The notes beneath the pieces are model-generated. The model saw nothing but the letters and a program-made list of their open reading frames with translations. It had not been told where the DNA came from and made no database searches. A DNA stretch of 35,436 nt. Source: a bacterium. Its GTDB lineage: Bacteria > Cyanobacteriota > Vampirovibrionia > Gastranaerophilales > Gastranaerophilaceae. Made by a program: the position numbers and the translations under genes. The stretch lies in assembly GCA_017395765.1 (NCBI GenBank), contig JAFQNY010000170.1:1-35436 (forward strand), given 5' to 3'. This document shows, piece by piece, positions 1 to 9,443 of this stretch (within the stretch, counting starts at the first letter, position 1; every line of letters begins with the position of its first letter).

Positions 1-549
1 AATAATATCATCAACCCCGTCATCAGATGCAGTAACAACCATAGCTCCCGCACCGTCACCAAACAGAATAGAACAAGTTCTATCCTTCCAATCCAATAAT
101 CTTGAATTGTTATCAGTCGCAACAAGCAATATGTTTTTATACATACCGGAAGCGATATAACCTCTTGCAATACTTAATGCATAGATTAAACCTGAACAAG
201 CAGCAGTAATATCAAAAGCGGGAATATTATTAGGGATTCCCAACGCCGCTTGAATTCTGCAACCAATAGCCGGATATAATTGCGGTGGCGCAGAAGATGC
301 AACAATAATCAATTCGATATCTTCCGCTTTAATTCCCGATTTATTTAATGCATTTTTTGCTGCATCAATACCTAATGTAAGCGCATCCTCACTCCCTGAA
401 ACCAAACGTCTCTCTTTAATTCCGGTTCTTGAATAAATCCACTCATCAGATGTGTCATATAACTTGGTTAAGTCTTCGTTAGTAACAACAGTTTTAGGAA
501 CACTATACCCAACGCCTGCTATTTTCAAAGGTATTGCGCTGTTCATCAT
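1..549 (-). CDS. fabH: 3-oxoacyl-ACP synthase III (5' part; runs off the window start)
   Basis: Not in the ORF track. Manual minus-strand translation from ATG 549 (AAGGAG upstream): MMNSAIPLKIAGVGYSVPKTVVTNEDL...TSDEWIYSRTGIKERR...AFDITAACSGLIYAL...DRTCSILFGDGAGA, giving the FabH motifs and catalytic Cys. Confidence 0.95.
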   Translation of the reverse strand, partial: MMNSAIPLKIAGVGYSVPKTVVTNEDLTKLYDTSDEWIYSRTGIKERRLVSGSEDALTLGIDAAKNALNKSGIKAEDIELIIVASSAPPQLYPAIGCRIQAALGIPNNIPAFDITAACSGLIYALSIARGYIASGMYKNILLVATDNNSRLLDWKDRTCSILFGDGAGAMVVTASDDGVDDII

Positions 550-820
550 TTTTTATACTCCTTAATCTTATAACGAACATCAGTTCAAATATTATTATAA
601 CACAAGCATATCGTTTCAATTAGGACGTTTGGCATAGTATTACGTTTTGTAAAAATTTCATAAAATCATACAAATGCTTATTTAAAAAAACTTCGGGTTT
701 ATCGTTAATTTTTGTAAAACTTACACTTTTTGAAGGGTTGAAAAGGGTCAAAACATGATTTATAATATATATATTGCAATATATATTTATCGATAAAATT
801 AAGAAAGGATTTTTAAAGAC

Positions 821-2557
821 ATGTCAATATCATTTAGCGGATTAGCATCAGGTTTAGATACGTCATCTTGGGTCGAAGCTCTTGTTTCCGTAAAGCAACA
901 AGAGGTTACTAAGCTCCAAAATGAACTAAGCGTATTAAATACCTCAAAAAACACATTATCGTCAACCAAAACTATTTTCAATAATTTGAGAACAGCTCTT
1001 GAAAACTTTACTGATACAAAGTTTGGCGGCACTTTTGACCTATTCGGCAAAAACACTGCAACAGTTTCTAACACAGAAATTTTTACTGCAACAGCCGGAG
1101 CAAATGCCGTAAGACAAGATTACAACATCACGGTTCAACAACTTGCCACTTGTACAAAAGCAACTTCAAAAGAATCTGCAAGTGCAGTTGCCGATGATAA
1201 TACAAAGTTGAAAAGCTTTGGAATCACAGAAGGAACTTTATCAGTTTACGTGAACGGAGCAAAAACCGCAATAGAAATTACCGATGAAACTTCGGTAGGT
1301 GATTTAAAAGAAGCTTTAGATGCTGCAGGTATAACCGCAACCGTTAACGAAAGCGGAGTTTTGAATTTGTCAGCAAAAACAGAAGGTGACACAATTCACG
1401 TAGGTTCAACAACCGATGACACGAACTTTGTTTCTCTAACAGGTTTGACTCGCAACGAAGATGGCGGTTATGATTCAACTAATTCATTATTCAAAGCTAA
1501 CATTGCAACAAAGCTTACAGCAAGCGATTCAGGGTTTAAAACACAAATTACCGAAGGAACTTTCACAATCGGAAACGCAACGTTTACAATTGATGAAAAC
1601 ACAACTTTATCTTCACTTATTTCAAAAATAAATAACAGTGAAGAAGCTCAAGCTACAGCATCTTGGGATGATACAACAGGTAAATTGACAATTACTTCTA
1701 AAAAAGAAGGTGCTGCATATATTAATATTGAAGCCGGCACAAGTAACTTTACCGATGTAATGGGTCTGACTACTACTACAGTTGATGAACAAGGAAATAC
1801 TATTTCCAAAATGTTTACCGAAGCTCAAGAACTTGGTAAAAACGCTTTATTAACAATTAACGGAACAAGTATTACATCAACTTCAAACACTATAGGCTCA
1901 GATATTTCAAGAATCGAAGATGTTACTTTAAACTTGAAAAAAGTCAGCTCGGAAGAAGACGGTAACACAACTTTAAAAATTACTCACGACACATCAGAGC
2001 TCGTTGCTGCCGCAAAAGAGTTCGTAGAAGCATATAACAAAACAATTGAGCAAATTGACAAAGTTACAGCCGTTGGCGGAGATTTGGAACGTGAAACATC
2101 TCTTACAAGCCTTAAAAACACTTTAAGAACATTTGCGAACTCCAGCAACAACACTAACGGCGGTGCATATAACCTTCTTGCTCAGATTGGTATCTCAACA
2201 GGAAAAGCAAGTGCAACAAATCTTTCAACAGAAACTAATAAATTAGAATTTGACGAAAAAGAATTCACAAAAGCGCTTGAAGAAAATCCTGATAGCGTCA
2301 AATCATTGCTTGCAGGAGAAAACGGAATCTTCGCAATGATGGAAAACACCGTAGAGCAAGCATTGTCTGCTACAACAGGATTCTTTGATGTTAAAGAAGG
2401 CACTATAAAATCTAACATAAGAAATATGGAAGAAAAAATTTCTAAACAAAAAGTAAAAGTTAGTGATTATCAAGCACAATTAGAAAAGAAATTTTCAAAT
2501 ATGGAATTGATAATTGCAAAAATGCAACAAAACTACAGTTCTTTCTTAGGAACATAA
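821..2557 (+). CDS. fliD: Flagellar filament cap protein (HAP2)
   Basis: N-terminus ISFSGLASGLDT, VQQLAT, GKNALLTING...SNT motif, C-terminal coiled coil LEKKFSNME. Confidence 0.92.
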   Translation: MSISFSGLASGLDTSSWVEALVSVKQQEVTKLQNELSVLNTSKNTLSSTKTIFNNLRTALENFTDTKFGGTFDLFGKNTATVSNTEIFTATAGANAVRQDYNITVQQLATCTKATSKESASAVADDNTKLKSFGITEGTLSVYVNGAKTAIEITDETSVGDLKEALDAAGITATVNESGVLNLSAKTEGDTIHVGSTTDDTNFVSLTGLTRNEDGGYDSTNSLFKANIATKLTASDSGFKTQITEGTFTIGNATFTIDENTTLSSLISKINNSEEAQATASWDDTTGKLTITSKKEGAAYINIEAGTSNFTDVMGLTTTTVDEQGNTISKMFTEAQELGKNALLTINGTSITSTSNTIGSDISRIEDVTLNLKKVSSEEDGNTTLKITHDTSELVAAAKEFVEAYNKTIEQIDKVTAVGGDLERETSLTSLKNTLRTFANSSNNTNGGAYNLLAQIGISTGKASATNLSTETNKLEFDEKEFTKALEENPDSVKSLLAGENGIFAMMENTVEQALSATTGFFDVKEGTIKSNIRNMEEKISKQKVKVSDYQAQLEKKFSNMELIIAKMQQNYSSFLGT

Positions 2558-2608
2558 AATAATGTTTTATAAACAATCGTATGTAACGTATAAAACATCC
2601 AAATTATA

Positions 2609-2647
2609 AAAAAAATAAGTTGAGCATAAAGCTCAACTTATTTTTTT
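2609..2647. terminator. Bidirectional intrinsic terminator between convergent fliD and ileS
   Basis: AAAAAAATAAGTTGAGC-ATAAA-GCTCAACTTATTTTTTT perfect inverted repeat with A/T tails. Confidence 0.85.
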
Positions 2648-2652
2648 ATCTA

Positions 2653-5454
2653 TTAACCAACCGCCTCTGCACAATCTTTACAAACAGTCTCGTGTCCTGC
2701 GACTTCGCCTAATTTTCTATATTTCCAGCAACGTTCGCATTTTTCGCCTTCTGCTTTTGTTACCCAAACTGTTATACCATCTTCTGTATATTCGTTTAGA
2801 ACTTCTGCAGGAGCTGATTCTGCAACATAAGCTTGAGATACAATGAAAATATCTGCTAAGTCTTGAGCATTAGCTTTCAATACTTCTGCATCATCAGATT
2901 TGACATGAACTGCAACTTCTAGTGAGCTTCCTACTTTTTTATCTGCTCTTAATGGTTCAATACCACGTGTTACAACTTCTCTTGTTTTCAAGATTTTTGC
3001 AAAAGTTTCTTCAAGCTCTGGTGCGTTCCACGCTTCATTTACCCCAACCCAATCAGCAAGTAGGATACTTTCTAGACCACCACGCTGACATTCAGGAGTA
3101 TTTTGCCAAATATCTTCTGCTTGGTGAGGCATAACTGGAGTTAAAACTCTTACAAGAGCTTGTAAGTTTTCATAAAGAACAGTCTGACAAGCACGTCTTG
3201 AAAGCGATTTTTTCCCAGCTGTATAAAGTCTATCTTTTACAATATCAAGATAGAATGAGCTTAAGTCATTCGTTGCAAAGTTTTGAAGAGCTTGGAAGTA
3301 TTTATAGAACTCATAGCTTTCAAAAGATTCTGTAATCTCTGCAATAACTTTATTCAATTTATGTAACGCAAACTTATCGATAGGTTTTAAATCTTCGTAT
3401 TTTACATAATCAACTGCCGGGTCGAAATCAAAGATATTACCAAGTAAAAATCTTGCAGTGTTTCTGGTTTTCTTAAAGATTTCAGCAAGTTGTTTAATAA
3501 TATTATCACCGATTTTGGTATCGTTTCTGTAGTCTACAGAAGCTGCCCAAAGTCTTAAAATATCAGTACCGTAAACTTTTATAATCTCTTGCGGAGTTAC
3601 AACATTACCGACAGATTTTGACATCTTTTTACCTTCACCGTCCATTACAAAACCGTGAGTTAGCACAGATTTATAAGGCGATTTTTCTTGAGTAGCGATT
3701 GATGTCAATAAAGAAGATTGGAACCATCCTCTGTATTGATCAGAACCTTCTAAATACATATCGACAGGAGTATGTTTTAATTGTTCTGAGCGTTTTTCTA
3801 CAACAGCTCTCCAAGTAATACCCGAGTCAAACCATACATCCATAATATCAGATTCTTTTGTCAAGTGAACGCTTCCGCACTTAGGACATTTGAAACCGTT
3901 TGGAAGAAGTTCTGCAGTTGTGCGCTTAACCCAAGCATCTGATGATTCTTTTTCAAAAATGTTTGCTACATTTTCAATAGTTTCATCAGTAACAATAGCT
4001 TCTCCGCAGTCTTCACAATAGAATACAGGAATCGGCACACCCCAAGCTCTTTGTCTTGAGATACACCAATCTGTTCTGCTTGCAACCATGTTAGAAATTC
4101 TAACTTCACCGCTTGCAGGAATCCATTTTACGTTTTTGATTTCTTCAAGAGTTTTTTCTCTGAATTTATCAACTTTTACAAACCATTGAGGAGTTGCTCT
4201 GTAAATTACAGGATTTTTACATCTCCAACAATGCGGATAGCTGTGTTGAATATCTTGTTGAGCAAGTAATGCTCCGCAATTTTCGAGTTTTTCTATAACA
4301 ATTCCGTTTCCTTTATAATAAGGAACACCAACTAAATCTGGGTCTTTAACCGCTTCTGTCCAAACACCTTTGGAATCAAGTGGTGAAAATACTTCAATAT
4401 TATATCTGCAACCGACTTCGTAGTCTTCAAGACCGTGACCCGGAGCTGTATGAACAGAACCTGTACCGGCATCAAGAGTAACGTGTTCACCCAAAATAAT
4501 AGGGGATTTTCTATCCACAAGCGGATGTTTAGTTTCTAATAATTCTAAATCTTGACCTGTGCAAGATCCGATAACTTTAATATCAGCTTCTTCCCAAGCA
4601 ACATCAGCCAAAAAGCTTGCTAACAAGCCTTGAGCAATTACATATATATCACCCTTATAATCAAAGAAAGTATATTCAAATCTTGGGTGCATACTGATTG
4701 CCATATTTGATGGAATTGTCCAAGGAGTTGTTGTCCAAATTACTGCGTAAACTTTTTTACCTTGTGAATCGACAATTTTATTAATCTTTTCAACTGACTC
4801 TGGCTCAAAAGCAAATCTTACATAAATAGATGTTGAAGTATGATCAGCGTATTCAACTTCTGCTTCAGCTAACGCTGTTTCACAAGAAGCGCACCAATAA
4901 ACAGGTTTAAGCCCTTTTTCAACATATCCTTTTTTGAACATCTCACCAAATACTCTGATTTGTTCTGCTTCAAATTCAGGATTGATAGTTAAATATGGAT
5001 GTTCCCAATCACCCCAGCAACCTAAGCGTCTAAATTCAGCTTCTTGGCCTTTCAAATTTTTATGAGCAAATTCTCTGCATTTTGCTCTTAATTCAGCAGG
5101 AGTAAGAGCATTGCGTCCACCTTTAATATTTTTTACAACTGCGTTTTCAATAGGCAAACCATGAGCATCATATCCTGGAACGTACGGCGCATAATAACCT
5201 CTCATTGATTTATAACGAATAAGAATATCTTTAAGAATCTTATTCAAAGCGTGACCAATGTGAATTTTATCAGAGCTCAAATATGGAGGCCCGTCATGTA
5301 AAATAAAACTTTTTGACTTATCACGTTGTGCCAAATTTTTCTCATATACACTTATCTCTTCCCAAAATTTTTGAGTCTGAGGCTCTTTATTTGTTGCATT
5401 CGCTCTCATTTCAAGAGTTGTTTGCGGTAAATTCAAGGTCTCTTTATATTCCAT
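2653..5454 (-). CDS. ileS: Isoleucine--tRNA ligase (IleRS1 type)
   Basis: HIGH, WTTTPWT editing motif, WCISRQR, KMSKS, C-terminal CERCW...CKDC zinc site. Confidence 0.97.
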   Translation of the reverse strand: MEYKETLNLPQTTLEMRANATNKEPQTQKFWEEISVYEKNLAQRDKSKSFILHDGPPYLSSDKIHIGHALNKILKDILIRYKSMRGYYAPYVPGYDAHGLPIENAVVKNIKGGRNALTPAELRAKCREFAHKNLKGQEAEFRRLGCWGDWEHPYLTINPEFEAEQIRVFGEMFKKGYVEKGLKPVYWCASCETALAEAEVEYADHTSTSIYVRFAFEPESVEKINKIVDSQGKKVYAVIWTTTPWTIPSNMAISMHPRFEYTFFDYKGDIYVIAQGLLASFLADVAWEEADIKVIGSCTGQDLELLETKHPLVDRKSPIILGEHVTLDAGTGSVHTAPGHGLEDYEVGCRYNIEVFSPLDSKGVWTEAVKDPDLVGVPYYKGNGIVIEKLENCGALLAQQDIQHSYPHCWRCKNPVIYRATPQWFVKVDKFREKTLEEIKNVKWIPASGEVRISNMVASRTDWCISRQRAWGVPIPVFYCEDCGEAIVTDETIENVANIFEKESSDAWVKRTTAELLPNGFKCPKCGSVHLTKESDIMDVWFDSGITWRAVVEKRSEQLKHTPVDMYLEGSDQYRGWFQSSLLTSIATQEKSPYKSVLTHGFVMDGEGKKMSKSVGNVVTPQEIIKVYGTDILRLWAASVDYRNDTKIGDNIIKQLAEIFKKTRNTARFLLGNIFDFDPAVDYVKYEDLKPIDKFALHKLNKVIAEITESFESYEFYKYFQALQNFATNDLSSFYLDIVKDRLYTAGKKSLSRRACQTVLYENLQALVRVLTPVMPHQAEDIWQNTPECQRGGLESILLADWVGVNEAWNAPELEETFAKILKTREVVTRGIEPLRADKKVGSSLEVAVHVKSDDAEVLKANAQDLADIFIVSQAYVAESAPAEVLNEYTEDGITVWVTKAEGEKCERCWKYRKLGEVAGHETVCKDCAEAVG

Positions 5455-5469
5455 AACCCTTTTCCTTCC

Positions 5470-6792
5470 TTATACCAGTTTATTTTCTCCAAAGTCTTTA
5501 TTAAAACTAACTTCAGTATCAACTTTACCTAAAGTATTAGTTTTAATGCATTTCAATTTTAAAAACTCATTCATTTTATTATAATCAAAACAATTTTCCC
5601 ATCTTGCAATAACTACCGTTGCAACGCAGTTTCCGATTAAATTAACGGCTGTTCGTCCCATATCAAGAATTTGGTCAATACCCAAAAGGATTGCAACACC
5701 TAAAATAGGATAGTTGAAACTTGTTAATGTTCCGGCTAAAACAATCAAAGAGGCTCTCGGAACACCGGCGACACCTTTAGAAGTAAGCATCAAGGCAAAC
5801 ATAATGACTAATTGTTGTTTAATTGACAAATCAATTTCAACGAGTTGAGTAGAAAAAATTACAGCCATTGCAAGATACAATGTAGAACCGTCTAAATTGA
5901 AAGTGTATCCTGTCGGCATTACGAAACCTACAATCGATTTCGGCACTCCGAATTTTTCCATAATAGACATTGCTTTTGGCAATGCAGCCTCTGAACTCGC
6001 TGTTGTAAATGTTAACAATGCCGGCTCTTGAATAGCTTTTATTAAACCCCTAAAAGAGATTCTCACAATTTTACACGCAAAAATTAAAACCAATAAAACA
6101 AAAGCTATAAGTGCAACATATAATGAAACAATTATTTTTCCGTAATTAAAAAGTATTTCGATACCATTTGTTCCTACAGTATAAGAAATAGCACCAAAAA
6201 TACCTACCGGAGCAAAAAACATAACATATTCAGTAAACTTGAACATAATTTTCGTCACTGAATTTAAGACATCAAGAACAGGTTGAGCTTTTTTCCCTAC
6301 TGCACATATTGCAAGTGCAAAGAATAATGAAAAGACAACTATTTGCAACAAATTACCTTCTGCCATTGCTTGAACAATACTTGTCGGAAATAAATCCAAA
6401 AGCATTTCTCCAAACGAAGAATGAGCAACAGAAGATGTCATAAAACTAACTTCGTTCAAACCGGTATTCTGACTCGCAAAATTGGCCATTCCCACACCCG
6501 GCTTAAATAAATTTGCAAATCCTAAGCCGATTATCAGTGCAACAGTCGTAACCAATTCAAAATAAACAATTGTCTTTACACCGAGTCTTCCAAGGCTTTT
6601 AACATCACTATGACCTGCTATACCGACTACAAGAGTAGCAAATAATAACGGTGCAATAATCATTTTTACCATTCTTAAAAATATTTCAGCAAGTACATGC
6701 ATTTTTACCGCAAATTGCGGAAATAACCAACCTGCGAGGATTCCAAGTATCAATGATACAAATATTGCAATCGTTAATCTTGAATGTTTCAA
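5470..6792 (-). CDS. Dicarboxylate/amino acid:cation symporter (GltP/DctA family)
   Basis: Multi-pass hydrophobic protein with FTTASSEAALP, PTGYTFNLDG, SKGVAGVP, DMGRTAVN motifs; TTG start. Confidence 0.92.
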   Translation of the reverse strand: MKHSRLTIAIFVSLILGILAGWLFPQFAVKMHVLAEIFLRMVKMIIAPLLFATLVVGIAGHSDVKSLGRLGVKTIVYFELVTTVALIIGLGFANLFKPGVGMANFASQNTGLNEVSFMTSSVAHSSFGEMLLDLFPTSIVQAMAEGNLLQIVVFSLFFALAICAVGKKAQPVLDVLNSVTKIMFKFTEYVMFFAPVGIFGAISYTVGTNGIEILFNYGKIIVSLYVALIAFVLLVLIFACKIVRISFRGLIKAIQEPALLTFTTASSEAALPKAMSIMEKFGVPKSIVGFVMPTGYTFNLDGSTLYLAMAVIFSTQLVEIDLSIKQQLVIMFALMLTSKGVAGVPRASLIVLAGTLTSFNYPILGVAILLGIDQILDMGRTAVNLIGNCVATVVIARWENCFDYNKMNEFLKLKCIKTNTLGKVDTEVSFNKDFGENKLV

Positions 6793-6885
6793 AATCTTTT
6801 CCTTTATTACTCTTCAAGATAAAATTATACATCAAAGATAATAAAGTAGCTAGTTATATAAGATTTTATGTTGAACCTCACGTTA

Positions 6886-7632
6886 TTAAATCATTGTCAA
6901 AGCATCATAAACAGGTCTAATAATTAAACCACTATTGACATCTTCTTTTATAATATTTAAAGCATCTTCTTTGGACATTGCATCTTTATACGGTCGTTTT
7001 TCCAACAACGCACTGTATCTGTCAGCAACATTGAGTATTTGCGAATCCAATCCGAATTCATAATCTGAAACGATTTTAGGATATCCGGAAGCATCAGGTA
7101 ACTGGTGGTGATAACGAATTAAATTAAGAGTTCTGGAATTAAACCCTTTGTTTTTCAAAAGCTCATAACTCAGCTCAGGATGTAATTGCATAATTTCAAA
7201 TTCAGCTTCATTCAACTCGCCGGCTTTATTCAAAACATTTTCAGGAATTAAAATTTTCCCGTAATCATGATACATTGCAGCTTCTTGAAGATTAGGAAGA
7301 TTGATTTGCGATTTCAACTCATAAGGCAATGCCGAATAAATTTTAGCAGTCGCTACACGTGTATTCTGCAAATGCCCCTGTCTCAAATTCTCTAATTCAT
7401 TAACATTAACTCGCAGCGGTATTTTATGTGAACTCAAAAGCTCTTTAACCCGTGGATTCAAGGCTACTTCTTCTTTAAGCTGTAAATCACTGAGAGTAAA
7501 AATTCTATTAATCGGTTTTGTAATAAAACTATCCGTCTGCGGATTAACATTCAAACTTGATGCTTTTGCAGAACTTTTAAACGATATTTTAGGGATATTA
7601 AATTCAAAAGATAACTTGTTAATTAACGCCAT
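6886..7632 (-). CDS. HD-GYP domain phosphohydrolase (putative cyclic dinucleotide phosphodiesterase)
   Basis: HDYGK, HHQLPDASGYP, VADRYSAL..KRPYK motifs. Confidence 0.82.
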   Translation of the reverse strand: MALINKLSFEFNIPKISFKSSAKASSLNVNPQTDSFITKPINRIFTLSDLQLKEEVALNPRVKELLSSHKIPLRVNVNELENLRQGHLQNTRVATAKIYSALPYELKSQINLPNLQEAAMYHDYGKILIPENVLNKAGELNEAEFEIMQLHPELSYELLKNKGFNSRTLNLIRYHHQLPDASGYPKIVSDYEFGLDSQILNVADRYSALLEKRPYKDAMSKEDALNIIKEDVNSGLIIRPVYDALTMI

Positions 7633-7846
7633 TAATTAAGACACCATCATACTAAACACATATACTTTATTAAAGTATTTGTTTAATGAAAAATTGCTTG
7701 AAAGAAAAGCAATATTACAAAATATTAAGAAAGATTTTTCAACACATTTTTATGAATATTTGTAAATTTTATACAATTGAACACTTAAAAAAATTTTTTT
7801 TTGAGTGTTTAATGTTCATGTGTATCATTATCAAGAGGATTATAAA

Positions 7847-8269
7847 ATGAAGGTTCCAGCTATTTCACAAATTAACAATATTAACCACAAAAAAACAAAT
7901 TCTACCAACAAAACTTACAACCAATCTTTTAAAGGCTATGTAAACGGAAAATTTTTTCGTGACGAAATAATTTTGGAAGCAAAAGAAGCTCTAAAAAACC
8001 CAAACTGGAAAGACAAATTTCTAAATAGTAAAAGATCTTTGGGAGAAACTTTAGCTACTTGGCACGAACGTGAAGGTGCAAACGATATTGCCGGACGTAT
8101 TCTCATGGGAATTTTCTCATTAGGAATAACCGAAGTTACTTGGGGTTTGGCTTATAGAGCTATGGACGTAATGGACAACAATACTATTAATAAAAAAATA
8201 AAAGAAATCGAAGAGTGCATGAAAAATCTTAGAACTCCAAACAACGGCACAACTGGAATTGAGGAGTAA
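7847..8269 (+). CDS. Hypothetical protein with one hydrophobic segment
   Basis: ATG 7847 follows AAGAGG and is preferred over GTG 7805; hydrophobic IAGRILMGIFSLGITEVTWGLAY; stop abuts the next ATG. Confidence 0.75.
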   Translation: MKVPAISQINNINHKKTNSTNKTYNQSFKGYVNGKFFRDEIILEAKEALKNPNWKDKFLNSKRSLGETLATWHEREGANDIAGRILMGIFSLGITEVTWGLAYRAMDVMDNNTINKKIKEIEECMKNLRTPNNGTTGIEE

Positions 8270-9412
8270 ATGAACATCTCACCAATAAGTAATATCCCTT
8301 TAAGAAATATTACACCTAAAAAAGAAAAGAAAAACAAATTTAAAGACTTCACCGGCCCGCTAGCATTAGGTTTGACAGTTGCTGGTTCTGCGTGGATGGT
8401 TATAAGAACACGTCCAGAGCGTATTAAAAAAATAACCCAAAAAACGTCAACACGTCGTAGTCCTTTACTTTCAGGAAGTATTGAAATTGAGGTTCAAAAC
8501 TTTAAAAACAAAAAAAGTGTAAAGTCTTTAGACGAGCTTTCCGGGTTAGACAAAATAAAAGAGTTTTTTGAAGAATATCAAATAATTATCCAGCATCCTG
8601 ATATAAAAAAAGAACATAACATAAAAGATTATTCTTCTTTACTATTCTGGGGAGTTCCCGGTACCGGAAAAACTTCAGCTGCAAAAGGCATTGCAAAAAA
8701 ATTAGGTGCAGATTACATACAAATTGATAAAGAATTTTTTGATTCGAAATTTGTTGCAGAAGGCTCACAAAGATTAGCTGAAACTTTTGATCAAATAGAA
8801 AGTCACGCTAAAAGCAATCCTAAAAAGCCTGTTGTGGTCTTTATGGATGAAATTGACGGAACAATATCTATTGATAAAGGCACTGCAGCTCATCATAGTG
8901 AAGATTTGGCTAACACGTTAAAAAAATATATGATACGTTTGCAAGAAGAGTGTGAAAATATAATATTCATTGGTGCAACCAATAAAGATCCTAATGGAAT
9001 AAAAAGCGATAACAAATCTCTTCGACTTAATCCCGCAATCTTAAGCAGATTTAAATACCAACTGGAAGTCACACTACCGGTCAAAGAAGCCATAAAAGAT
9101 GCTTGGGCAAAACTAATGAGAACAGCAAGCGGGAAAGATAAATTTACATCCAAAGAAAATGATATAATAGCACAACATCTTTACGATTTAGGAATGTCTT
9201 ATCGAGATATTGAAGTTGTTGCGGATAAACTCAATCGCCTTGATGCTGTTCAATACTGCAAAACCAAAAAATATAACTCTAAAGAGAATTTAATAAAAGC
9301 TATTCTAAATGATGAAAAAGTTGGCTATGATCCGGTAAGACAAACAAGTTTACCAAAAGAAACCTTAGAAAAAATTGTTAATTCTCTCCGTAAAAAATTA
9401 AATATTGAATAA
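8270..9412 (+). CDS. AAA+ ATPase with putative N-terminal membrane anchor
   Basis: Walker A GVPGTGKT, Walker B VVVFMDEID, IGATN...AILSRF second region of homology; hydrophobic GPLALGLTVAGSAWMVI. Confidence 0.88.
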   Translation: MNISPISNIPLRNITPKKEKKNKFKDFTGPLALGLTVAGSAWMVIRTRPERIKKITQKTSTRRSPLLSGSIEIEVQNFKNKKSVKSLDELSGLDKIKEFFEEYQIIIQHPDIKKEHNIKDYSSLLFWGVPGTGKTSAAKGIAKKLGADYIQIDKEFFDSKFVAEGSQRLAETFDQIESHAKSNPKKPVVVFMDEIDGTISIDKGTAAHHSEDLANTLKKYMIRLQEECENIIFIGATNKDPNGIKSDNKSLRLNPAILSRFKYQLEVTLPVKEAIKDAWAKLMRTASGKDKFTSKENDIIAQHLYDLGMSYRDIEVVADKLNRLDAVQYCKTKKYNSKENLIKAILNDEKVGYDPVRQTSLPKETLEKIVNSLRKKLNIE

Positions 9413-9442
9413 AAAAAACCGCCTTATAAAAGGCGGTTTTTT
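9413..9442. terminator. Bidirectional intrinsic terminator
   Basis: AAAAAACCGCCTT-ATAA-AAGGCGGTTTTTT between convergent genes. Confidence 0.88.
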
Positions 9443-9443
9443 A

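Noticed and set aside
767-796. 20-bp palindrome and sigma28-like ATCGATAA upstream of fliD
   Set aside because: The palindrome is mostly (AT)n low complexity and the -35 match is weak; not supportable from sequence alone.
6849-6876. dif-like site (TTATGTTGAAC resembles the XerD arm)
   Set aside because: Left-arm symmetry only works with a 4-bp spacer rather than the required 6 bp.
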